Part shown: in pieces, positions 27,240 through 35,830 of the stretch
How positions within the stretch are numbered: position 1 is the first letter of the stretch
Layout of the letters: the number at the start of each line of letters is the position of its first letter
IMG/VR virus record: IMGVR_UViG_3300031884_000002
Coordinates: 186,001-250,000 of that record
DNA: 64,000 nucleotides
Strand: one strand, 5' to 3'
Notes under the pieces: generated by a model
Databases searched by the model: none
Told to the model about the DNA's origin: nothing
Seen by the model: the letters and a program-made list of their open reading frames with translations, nothing else
Translations under genes and position numbers: made by a program

Positions 27240-29561
27240 TTAATGATTAGTTCCATAATTTCCACTAAACTGTAGATTCCTAGACATAATACTGGATAAA
27301 CGTTGACTATCAATATTAACTCCGATTTTTCCATCATTCAAATCTTTTCGTAAATCATTGATTGCTCCTATTACTTGTTGTAATAATTTATTGGAATCTT
27401 CATTTTGATTTACTTGTTCTTTAGAATTATCAGTTTGTTGTTTAACCTCGGTAATAGCCTGTTCTTGTGTTTTCTGAGGCGCAGATGTTAATGTATCTAT
27501 ACTATGATTTATTGTAGTTGCTATTCCACCGGTTCCTGCTCGTAATCCTGCCGCAAATTTTGACATGCCCGGAATGTGATCCAATATCCAAGCAAATACA
27601 TGTCTAAACGGATAAGTTAAAGCATCATATAACATAGAGCCAACTGATACTATTCCTTTAACTATTGATAATCCTAATTGAGATGGTGATTTTCCACATA
27701 ACTTATCCCATATCCATTTAGCCGCTTTTACAAATGGATCAATTAACACATGATATAATGATTCTCCTATTGCTAATAGACCCATTAAAATCTTAGTTCC
27801 AAAGTTCATATTAGGGTCATTCCATATAGTTTTCCATCTTCCAAATAAATCAATTATAAATTGAATTGCAGTTATTACAAGTCCAATCGGACCTAATATT
27901 TTTGAGAATGCTCCAAAAAAAGTAGCAAACTTAGAACTTCCTGTAAATAATGTAAATAAAGGTTTCATATATTCTACTAACTTAGAAATCCAACCTCCTA
28001 TTTTTGAAATTATAGATAGCTTTTTGAACCATCCGACTACGTTTGATATTGTGATTTCTATTCTGGAAATGTATTTCCACATAATAGACAATTCCTTTCC
28101 GGTTTCAATAGTAGCCCATCTTGCATTTTCCAATCCAGATGATATTCGTGATATTAAAGACACCGTAGCTAAAAACATAGGTATCATCGGAATTATTGCA
28201 GGAACTATTGATAACACTCCATCTATAAAAGGTAAAAAAACAAGACCCAGTTGAGCAACTAATTGATTCCATTTTTGTTGAATTGCCACTATTCTTTCTT
28301 GGTTACTTTTAGTTTGTAAATCCAATTCAAATTGTTTAGTTTTATCTTTTAATACATTATCATTTGCTTCTTTCAACTGAGTATATGCTTTAATTTGGTT
28401 TTTGACTTCATTAGTTCCATTAAGTCGTGCATTATTCCATTCTTTATCGGCTTGCACCATATTCATCAATTCACTTACACTTCTTCCAGTTGCCTTGGCA
28501 AATGCCTCTTGTTGAAATACATCTAATTGATTAAATCTATTTTGTTTTGTTAATCTCAATATTTCTCTATTAGACTCTTCTAAGTTTCTATGATATGCCA
28601 ATTCACGGGCCTTTTGTAGATTTATAGAATGTCCCAATAAAACAGAAGCTTCCATTTCTTCTTGAACGCTTTCTGTAAAATTAAGAATATGACGAGAAGC
28701 ATCTGATACCGAGTCCATTGAAGTTCCTAATCGTCTAAACTCAATTGCCGATTTAATTGCTATAGAAGGTATTCTGGACATCAAAGATAAGGTATTACTT
28801 GATTTCGATGCTATATCTCCCATTACTTGTGATAAATTAGTTCCGGCTGCATTACTTAATGCTCCAGCCATATATGCCATACTCTTCTGGCTTTCCATTG
28901 TAGTTCCGGATAAAACTGCCATATTCTTAAAAAATCCAGCAGATATTTCTTCGGCTACTCCTAACTGAGCACTTAGTAGTGCGGTTGTTTTGACTAAATC
29001 TTCCGATGTTATGTATATACTTCCATATGCGTGTGATAATTCAATGGCAGATTTATAAACACCTTCGATGGTTACTCCCATATCCATCAATGAAATTGTG
29101 ATTGCCTGTGCGTCCCATTGAATAGTTTTAGTATTCTGCCTCAACATTCCCATCGTTTTATTAAATACAGTAACCGCTTTATCCATATCTAAAAATAATT
29201 TCCACGTCTGCTGGGCGATGTATAAAAATGGAGCGAATATGGATTCATTCATGTATTTAAGAAGAGCCATTTCTTGTTCTTCTGCTTTGATTCGTTGTTT
29301 TATGGAAGACACAATATTTTTTTGTTCTACTTCTCGTATTCCGAAATATTTTCCAAGTCCGTTTTGGGCTTCAAACTCTTCAGTTCTACTTTTATTTAAA
29401 CTTGCCGATAATTGTCCTTGTCTTTGTAACCTATTATTCCAACTCATATTGAGTTTTTCAGAAATCCCAAGCATGTCGGTAAGAGTATCGTTGCTATTTT
29501 TTAACAATTCATTATACTCCGCAAGAACTTTTGGATCTACATCTTTATTTTGGTCTGCCAT
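27240..29561 (-). CDS. Tape measure protein
   Basis: Long helical Ala/Leu-rich protein with hydrophobic segments and periodic aromatics; position in tail module. Confidence 0.75.
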   Translation of the reverse strand: MADQNKDVDPKVLAEYNELLKNSNDTLTDMLGISEKLNMSWNNRLQRQGQLSASLNKSRTEEFEAQNGLGKYFGIREVEQKNIVSSIKQRIKAEEQEMALLKYMNESIFAPFLYIAQQTWKLFLDMDKAVTVFNKTMGMLRQNTKTIQWDAQAITISLMDMGVTIEGVYKSAIELSHAYGSIYITSEDLVKTTALLSAQLGVAEEISAGFFKNMAVLSGTTMESQKSMAYMAGALSNAAGTNLSQVMGDIASKSSNTLSLMSRIPSIAIKSAIEFRRLGTSMDSVSDASRHILNFTESVQEEMEASVLLGHSINLQKARELAYHRNLEESNREILRLTKQNRFNQLDVFQQEAFAKATGRSVSELMNMVQADKEWNNARLNGTNEVKNQIKAYTQLKEANDNVLKDKTKQFELDLQTKSNQERIVAIQQKWNQLVAQLGLVFLPFIDGVLSIVPAIIPMIPMFLATVSLISRISSGLENARWATIETGKELSIMWKYISRIEITISNVVGWFKKLSIISKIGGWISKLVEYMKPLFTLFTGSSKFATFFGAFSKILGPIGLVITAIQFIIDLFGRWKTIWNDPNMNFGTKILMGLLAIGESLYHVLIDPFVKAAKWIWDKLCGKSPSQLGLSIVKGIVSVGSMLYDALTYPFRHVFAWILDHIPGMSKFAAGLRAGTGGIATTINHSIDTLTSAPQKTQEQAITEVKQQTDNSKEQVNQNEDSNKLLQQVIGAINDLRKDLNDGKIGVNIDSQRLSSIMSRNLQFSGNYGTNH

Positions 29562-29607
29562 ATAATATAAATATAGAATTATTGAGTTTTAACCGTTAAA
29601 ATAACCC

Positions 29608-29635
29608 TTGACTTTTTATATTTCTCTGATATACT
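29608..29635 (+). promoter_or_regulatory. sigma70-type promoter TTGACT-16-TATACT, 6 nt from ATG
   Basis: ttgactttttatatttctctgatatactgtaaacATG. Confidence 0.75.
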
Positions 29636-29641
29636 GTAAAC

Positions 29642-29944
29642 ATGATTGAAAAACGAGAAAATGTAATCTTCGGGTTTATCGGAGATTTGATTAAGTTTAT
29701 TGCTGAAATTATAATTCTAGCAGCCGTTACCTTTGTAGTTATATTTGCATTATTTGCACCTGCTTTTGCGCCATATTTTCGAGGACGATATATGGGTGAG
29801 TTTGGATGTGGGAATGACGATAAGCGAGTAAAATCAAAAATGGTAATGGTAAACTTTGTATTGTGGATGATTTGCATTTTCTCTTGGATTGTTTTACTTG
29901 GATATGGATTAACTCCTCCTGATGGATGTGGATTAGCTAAGTAA
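29642..29944 (+). CDS. Small two-helix membrane protein
   Basis: Two hydrophobic segments; leaderless promoter. Confidence 0.65.
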   Translation: MIEKRENVIFGFIGDLIKFIAEIIILAAVTFVVIFALFAPAFAPYFRGRYMGEFGCGNDDKRVKSKMVMVNFVLWMICIFSWIVLLGYGLTPPDGCGLAK

Positions 29945-30012
29945 AATATAATTAATTAAAAAAGTTTGGCTGGCATATATGTATATTTGTAGATTAAAAC
30001 CAGATTACATAT

Positions 30013-30834
30013 ATGCCAGATAATAATACAATATCAATAACCAGACCATCAGTGACAACTCCTATCCCCATAAAGGCGGAAGTTCCTAAGTATCCAACCG
30101 AAATTATATCATTACCAAGTCAAGGATTTCCCTATGATGAATCCAATCCATTAAGTTCAGGAACGTTAGAATTAAAAAACTTAACGGCAAAAGAGGAAAA
30201 TCTATTGACTAATCAAACATTGATGAAAAATGGAACTCTGCTTGATAAACTATTGGAATCGGTAATAGTTGATAAAACAGTAAAGACAAATGAAATGTTA
30301 ATGTGTGATTTTGATGCGGCAATATTTGCGTTAAGAAGAATGGCATATGGAGATTCTTATGAAGTTACTATTACTTGTGGAAAATGTGGAAAAGATACTC
30401 AAGTTGATATAGATTTAAGTCAAATGAAAAACTCGGAGTTAGTCGAAAGCAATTTTATAAAAGGGCAAAATAATTTTATATTTGAATTGCCATATAGTAA
30501 ACGAACTGTTACATTTAAATTATTAACCAGAAAAGATATATTTAACATAGAAAAAGAAATTGAGGCTATGAAAAAGGTTAGTAAACAGAGCACTGAAATG
30601 ACAACTCGTTTAAGTTATATAATTACTTCTATAGACGGTGAAAATGAAGTTTCTAAAATTAGAAAGTTTGTAAATGATGGTGAATTAATTTCAAAAGATA
30701 GTCTCGAATTAAGAAAATATATTAAATCAATATCTCCAACATTGGATACTACATTTGATTTTACTTGTTCCTCATGTGACTCCGAAAGAAAGCAAGAGGT
30801 GCCTATGGGTATCGGGTTTTTTTTCCCTAACTAA
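30013..30834 (+). CDS. Baseplate hub/tail assembly chaperone (T4 gp26-like)
   Basis: ISLPSQG..LTAKEENLL..CGKC..FELPYSK..CSSC..GFFFP. Confidence 0.75.
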   Translation: MPDNNTISITRPSVTTPIPIKAEVPKYPTEIISLPSQGFPYDESNPLSSGTLELKNLTAKEENLLTNQTLMKNGTLLDKLLESVIVDKTVKTNEMLMCDFDAAIFALRRMAYGDSYEVTITCGKCGKDTQVDIDLSQMKNSELVESNFIKGQNNFIFELPYSKRTVTFKLLTRKDIFNIEKEIEAMKKVSKQSTEMTTRLSYIITSIDGENEVSKIRKFVNDGELISKDSLELRKYIKSISPTLDTTFDFTCSSCDSERKQEVPMGIGFFFPN

Positions 30835-31036
30835 AGAATACGTATTATCCATACACAATATAATATTTGATTTGGTTCATGTAGGTCGATTCGACCACGA
30901 TGCATTATATTCTATGCCAATTCCACTTCGTAATTTTTATTATAATCGATTGATTAAAAATAAAGAACACGAAGAACGGGAAATAGAAAAATCCAAAGGA
31001 ATAAGTGAAGCTAAACCTACATCTATTAGGAGATAA
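30815..31036 (+). CDS. Out-of-frame chaperone extension, probably reached by frameshift (track ORF 30755..31036)
   Basis: No convincing start codon; overlaps the GGG TTT TTT TTC CCT AAC TAA end of the upstream gene in the +1 frame. Confidence 0.55.
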   Translation, partial: GFFSLTKEYVLSIHNIIFDLVHVGRFDHDALYSMPIPLRNFYYNRLIKNKEHEEREIEKSKGISEAKPTSIRR

Positions 31037-31423
31037 TTAAAATTGGGTCGTAGATGGATGGCTTAATTGTTGAACTGATTTCTGTAAAGATGGTATTTCT
31101 ATACATTTTATTTGGTCTTGATCACGTTTAGTATAATCTAATTTTTTCTTAGCAGTATCAAGTTCAGTTTTTTGAGCTTTTAAATTAACAGTTCTCTGTT
31201 TATCTTTTAACTGTTTCATTTTCTGCTGATCGGACACAGACATAGCAACCGATGGTGGATTGGTTACTGGTGCTCCTCCTGACATATTAACATCATCTTC
31301 ATCTTCATTTTCCATATCCATTGCATTGTATTCATTTACAATTTCTTTTACAATGTGTTTAACTAATTCTTTTAACTGAGATTCGGTAATCATATTAATC
31401 TTGTCCCGATTCGGAATCATCAA
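31037..31423 (-). CDS. Hypothetical coiled-coil protein
   Basis: ITESQLKELVKHIVKEIVNE leader-like helix. Confidence 0.55.
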   Translation of the reverse strand: MMIPNRDKINMITESQLKELVKHIVKEIVNEYNAMDMENEDEDDVNMSGGAPVTNPPSVAMSVSDQQKMKQLKDKQRTVNLKAQKTELDTAKKKLDYTKRDQDQIKCIEIPSLQKSVQQLSHPSTTQF

Positions 31424-32369
31424 ATCCTATTTCTTTATCTATAGTAGGACGGTCCTCACCAGCTAAATGTTTGGCTAACAACTCATCATCATTAGTAACT
31501 TCTTGGTCACGATTATGTAATTCTTCGGCATCTCCAATAGAATCTTCGGTATGTTCATCTGGTTTAATCGATTCCTCTTTGGCTACGTCTAAATTACGGT
31601 CTGCAAATACGAATAATTCTTCGGCTGATGGGTCATATTTTCCAATGTAAATGTAAGTAGGAGTTTTATCATTTAATCCACTTTTTACTTTTTTCATTGT
31701 CTGAATAGCAATTTTAACTTTACTTCCACCAATAGAAGAACCTACCCGATGAAGTGTTCTTTCAATAGAAGCATCATCTGCCCACATTCTAAATGGAACT
31801 TCTCTAATTTCTCCGGACGGAGTATACAATACTATTCCTTGTAATTTTTTCTTCTTTGCTGTTTTAGGAGTTTCTTCTCCGGATGGTTCATTATCAATAG
31901 GAGTTTCATCTCTTGGAACTTCGGGAAGGTCAACTGCACCTTGTCCTGCTAATGGAGGAGCAGCCGCACCAGATGTAGCATCTTCTTTATTTAAACCTTT
32001 TAGTGTCTTGGCTAAGTTGGCTCTTTTTCCTAATTTTCCACCTTTAGAAGCTGCCGCATTTAATTTTGAAGATGGTATTTTTTCATCTTGAGGAACGTGT
32101 AATTGTTTATGTAATGCACCTGGTTTTTTAATTGCTTTCTGTATCCATTTTTTATCTTTTCCTTCTTCTTCTACTTCTTTTCCTTCTGCCGTATTGCTTT
32201 CCTCAACTTCTTTCAAACATCCAGATTTACATTCTTTACATTTCTTTTCTCCGAATATAACATTCTTACCGCATTTGCATTTCTTGCATTTTCCCTCATT
32301 TAATTGAGTTAAAACTTCCTTGGCGCAGACACGAATAAGGGTTTCTAAAAGTTCTTGTTTTATTTTCAT
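31395..32369 (-). CDS. Modular hypothetical protein (Cys-rich finger, basic KWIQKAIKKPGAL module, acidic tail)
   Basis: Modules separated by LNE/LKE/VEE motifs; TATTTATA upstream. Confidence 0.6.
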   Translation of the reverse strand: MKIKQELLETLIRVCAKEVLTQLNEGKCKKCKCGKNVIFGEKKCKECKSGCLKEVEESNTAEGKEVEEEGKDKKWIQKAIKKPGALHKQLHVPQDEKIPSSKLNAAASKGGKLGKRANLAKTLKGLNKEDATSGAAAPPLAGQGAVDLPEVPRDETPIDNEPSGEETPKTAKKKKLQGIVLYTPSGEIREVPFRMWADDASIERTLHRVGSSIGGSKVKIAIQTMKKVKSGLNDKTPTYIYIGKYDPSAEELFVFADRNLDVAKEESIKPDEHTEDSIGDAEELHNRDQEVTNDDELLAKHLAGEDRPTIDKEIGFDDSESGQD

Positions 32370-32425
32370 ATATTATATTGTAAAGTTATAAATATAAATA
32401 TAACAATTATAATACAAAAACCAAT

Positions 32426-32454
32426 AAAAAAGCACCAGAACAATGCTGGTGCTT
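32426..32454 (-). terminator. Intrinsic terminator after hsp20
   Basis: aagcaccag..ctggtgctt inverted repeat with T-tract. Confidence 0.7.
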
Positions 32455-32477
32455 GGTTGTTAATATTCAATTATTAA

Positions 32478-32975
32478 TCATTTAATTTCTATTTTTTTAA
32501 TCTCTTCTTTCTTAGGAGTAGGTTTAATTTTCTTTAATGTAATCTCAAGAATTCCATTATTAAACTTCGCATCTACGTTTTCTTTATCATAATTAGAACC
32601 AAGAGAAAAACTGCGGCTAAATGAAGATTTCTTCAATTCTTTATGAATGTATTGGGAACCAGTAGAATAATCTTTTTTATCTTGCTTTTCTCCTCTGATA
32701 GACAATATATCATCTTTAATCTCAATTGTTACTTGGTCTTTTGATAAGCCAGGTATTTCCGCCTCGATTAATGTGGATGTTTCGGTATCTTGAATATCTA
32801 CTTTAGGATATGAGTTTTTTCCATAAAAATCAATTCCAAAATCATCAAACAAATCAGGAAATGAGGAGTTAAAAATCTCATTATATATTGATGTATACGG
32901 GGTTAAAAACTCATCTCGGTTAGAAAACAAAGATGGAAACGAAGTATTGTAACGGACTAATTTATTAGTATTCAT
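32478..32975 (-). CDS. Small heat-shock protein (Hsp20)
   Basis: YPKVDI..IEAEIPGL..LSIRGEK..SFSRSFSL..AKFNNGILEI. Confidence 0.95.
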   Translation of the reverse strand: MNTNKLVRYNTSFPSLFSNRDEFLTPYTSIYNEIFNSSFPDLFDDFGIDFYGKNSYPKVDIQDTETSTLIEAEIPGLSKDQVTIEIKDDILSIRGEKQDKKDYSTGSQYIHKELKKSSFSRSFSLGSNYDKENVDAKFNNGILEITLKKIKPTPKKEEIKKIEIK

Positions 32976-33084
32976 ATTTACCTTTCTATAATAGTTGTTT
33001 ATCTATAGTTTATCATCATACCTACACAAGTAGCATATGATACCAATAAATATATTCCGAAATTTGAAAAATGTCAAGTATTTT

Positions 33085-33651
33085 TTACTCTATAATTTCA
33101 TCGATACAACCAAGCTTCAAAGCGTCTTGAGCAGACATAATCCAATCCGTATTACTTTCATACACTTTTTTTAATTTATTTTTTGATATTTTAGTATGTT
33201 TTAATACGTGATTATTCATTATTTCTTGCAATCGTTCAGCTTCTTCTATATTTTTTAGTTGTTCTTTTAAAGTTCCATCAGACATATCGCTTAATTGATG
33301 GTGCATAAAAGTAGAATAACTATATGAATATCTCTTATAACCAGTTATAGATATAATAAATCCAGCACTTGTAGCGCAACCTGTTACAATCGTATTAATT
33401 TTGGTTTTGCACTTTTTCATTATTCCTATCAATCCAAAACAATGATAAACATCGCCGCCATGACTATCAATGTAAAGTTTAATGGGAGGTGGAGTATATT
33501 CTAAATTATGTAATGAATATAATTTTTTATTATATTCATCATCATCTTCTATTTCTAATATTGATTTTGTTAATTCTCCAATTGTAATTTGTGTAACGTC
33601 TTTATTGAATAATAATATTCTATCTTTGGGAGTGGGTAATATAATAGGCAT
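33085..33651 (-). CDS. clpP: ClpP-like serine protease
   Basis: IKLYIDSHGG, GCATSAG (Ser), FMHHQ (His), TDWIMSAQDALKLGCIDEI (Asp). Confidence 0.88.
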   Translation of the reverse strand: MPIILPTPKDRILLFNKDVTQITIGELTKSILEIEDDDEYNKKLYSLHNLEYTPPPIKLYIDSHGGDVYHCFGLIGIMKKCKTKINTIVTGCATSAGFIISITGYKRYSYSYSTFMHHQLSDMSDGTLKEQLKNIEEAERLQEIMNNHVLKHTKISKNKLKKVYESNTDWIMSAQDALKLGCIDEIIE

Positions 33652-33653
33652 GT

Positions 33654-34463
33654 TTATTTAAAATTTAATGATGGATGTAGTTCATTATGACATTTGTGAC
33701 ATAGAGTTATACCTGATACTTTATTGTTTATGTGATAATCTACAACTGTATCCGATATCAATTTTTTAATTTCAAAATCTTTTAACATTTCTTCTGTAAT
33801 TTCTACCATATGTTTTTTAATAATTTCGGTCATGTATTCTTTATCGTGATGTATATGTAATTTATCATCACTTCCACATTTTACACATTTAAATCCATCT
33901 CTTACTAAAATTGGATATTTCCATTCCTTATATAAACGTCTATCAGCATAAACTATTGGATATATATTACTTATTCCGCCTTTCCATTGAGAATGATTAC
34001 TTCTGTTTAATGTTGGAATAGTTCCGTTTAATCTATTTTCTTTCATTGTTCTGGAGTATTTATTTTTTCTATCCTGAGTAAATGCAATAGATGTTGCTAA
34101 TCCATTATTTTTAACTCTTTCATCTGTTTCTTTTGAAAGACCACTATTCCAAGTAGTAAGTTCTCCAGAATTAAATCTTTTTATTCTGGTCTCTAATGAT
34201 TTTTCCAAACATTTTTTATTATGTCCCCAATTGTTATGTATTCTACTGTAATGTCCTTTACACAATTCACAGAATGATTTTAAACCATATGACCATTTGA
34301 CTTTTCCTCCACATCCACATTTGCATAAGGGCCACATTCCATTAAGATAAAAATCAACATAGAATGCGTCAGATTTTATTCCATGTGCAATACTATTATG
34401 ACGACTTAATGATTTATAGTTATCAAACTCAATTTCACATAATTTACATTTATATTCAGACAT
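33654..34463 (-). CDS. HNH endonuclease with N-terminal C2H2 finger (likely start 34463 rather than 34511)
   Basis: CKLC..HNSIAH; CKCGCG; RDGFKCVKCG..LHIHH..GITLCHKCHNELH. Confidence 0.8.
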   Translation of the reverse strand: MSEYKCKLCEIEFDNYKSLSRHNSIAHGIKSDAFYVDFYLNGMWPLCKCGCGGKVKWSYGLKSFCELCKGHYSRIHNNWGHNKKCLEKSLETRIKRFNSGELTTWNSGLSKETDERVKNNGLATSIAFTQDRKNKYSRTMKENRLNGTIPTLNRSNHSQWKGGISNIYPIVYADRRLYKEWKYPILVRDGFKCVKCGSDDKLHIHHDKEYMTEIIKKHMVEITEEMLKDFEIKKLISDTVVDYHINNKVSGITLCHKCHNELHPSLNFK

Positions 34464-34466
34464 AAA

Positions 34467-34501
34467 AAATCCTTCCAAATATAAGTATATAGGAAGGATT
34501 T
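34467..34501 (-). promoter_or_regulatory. Hairpin with SD-like 3' arm and a promoter-like motif in its loop
   Basis: AAATCCTTCC-tatatacttatattt-GGAAGGATTT, then TTT ATG. Confidence 0.6.
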
Positions 34502-34573
34502 CAAACCGCAATATATTTTATTTATAATTACGCAATCTTATCTTTGATTATGTTAATATTGCGTAATCGTAAG

Positions 34574-35065
34574 TCAATACTGAAGTATGGCAAAATCGTA
34601 GCTCAACGCTAACGTTATATTCAACGGTTCACCAGTATCAGTCCAATCTAATGTTCCGCCATCAAATGATACAGGAAATGCACCTTTTAACGTCCATTCT
34701 TCTACTTTGTCGCCAATTGGACCAGTCATGTTTAATGTAATATCTTTCTTATAAAAGTCAGCATATCCATCACGCCCAGTTACAGATTCATGAGATAATC
34801 TAAACCATTCAAATGCGGCTTGAGCAGAAGAAGGAACTACTGGGTCATACAATTCAATAGTAATCTGTTCCCATGTGGTTTTTCCTTTATAAAAATATTG
34901 TAAATTGATATAATCAATAGTTTTACGATCCTGTTTCCACTTTGGTCTATCGGTTTTCTTAATAGTATATGTAGGAATGCCGTCAATATACATTATAAAA
35001 CGGTTCTTTGTCTTTGGCTCAAATTGAGTGTAAAATATTTCTTGGTTGGTGAGAAGATCCGGCAT
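34574..35065 (-). CDS. Tail tube protein (T4 gp19-like)
   Basis: FEPKTKNRF..YKGKTTWEQITIELYDP..YKKDITL..EEWTLKGAFP..LSYD. Confidence 0.88.
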   Translation of the reverse strand: MPDLLTNQEIFYTQFEPKTKNRFIMYIDGIPTYTIKKTDRPKWKQDRKTIDYINLQYFYKGKTTWEQITIELYDPVVPSSAQAAFEWFRLSHESVTGRDGYADFYKKDITLNMTGPIGDKVEEWTLKGAFPVSFDGGTLDWTDTGEPLNITLALSYDFAILQY

Positions 35066-35121
35066 TTTTTTATCTTTCAGTTATTCAACCACCGTTGAAT
35101 TGTGTTGTTTAATATGTTTCA

Positions 35122-35829
35122 TTATATATAAATATACTGAAAAAATGTTTTATTCGAAAAATTATATCTCCAAAATTTTTTAGGTTTTAACGTATCAATT
35201 ATTTTTTGTTGTCTAATTTTATCTTTTTTACGTTGTGCTTCTTTATTATGATATTTACTATCATATTCCAATACCACATTATGAATTGGATCATATCCAT
35301 CTATATAAAACATATTGTTTCCTGTTTTTAATTGATAATTTAATACGAAATTAAATCCCAATTTATTCCATTTATCTATAAGTTCCTTATGTCCTTTATC
35401 CATTGCTATATTATTCCACTTACATCTATCAATCATATGTTCCCGTTTAAGTGGATTTTTCCATGCTTTTTTAACAGATTCTGATACTTTTTTCTTTGTT
35501 TCTTCACTTAATGTTGTTCCTAAATATCTATTTCTTTGTTTTAACTTCATTTCAGCCGTATGTTTTCGTCCAAACATTGGATGTTTATCCCCGCTTACCA
35601 TTTTTCCAAATTTCTCTTTATTTAGAGAAGACCAAGTTGGTTTACCTATCTCAATACAAGAATGACATAATTGACCTTTAGAGATAGAACATGACATTTC
35701 ATACATTGTGTTTGGATTCCCCGTTTTTCCTATAACTTCAGAACCACACGAAGGACACCGTTTACACCATTTTCCTTCAATGTTTTTCCAAATTTTTCCA
35801 GTCTTAATATGTTCTTGGACTTTACTCAT
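35122..35829 (-). CDS. Free-standing endonuclease (Zn-ribbon, NUMOD3-like, PD-(D/E)xK)
   Basis: CPSC..CHSC; HPMFGRKHTAE; FYIDGYDPIHNVVLEYDSKYH. Confidence 0.75.
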   Translation of the reverse strand: MSKVQEHIKTGKIWKNIEGKWCKRCPSCGSEVIGKTGNPNTMYEMSCSISKGQLCHSCIEIGKPTWSSLNKEKFGKMVSGDKHPMFGRKHTAEMKLKQRNRYLGTTLSEETKKKVSESVKKAWKNPLKREHMIDRCKWNNIAMDKGHKELIDKWNKLGFNFVLNYQLKTGNNMFYIDGYDPIHNVVLEYDSKYHNKEAQRKKDKIRQQKIIDTLKPKKFWRYNFSNKTFFQYIYI

Positions 35830-35830
35830 T

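Noticed and set aside
29596-29877. Minus-strand 93-aa ORF
   Set aside because: The overlapping plus-strand ORF has a consensus promoter at leaderless distance and a two-helix membrane pattern
33085-33651. ClpP as the head maturation protease
   Set aside because: It is not next to portal or capsid genes in this window, and T4-like heads use gp21-type proteases; its role cannot be assigned from this sequence
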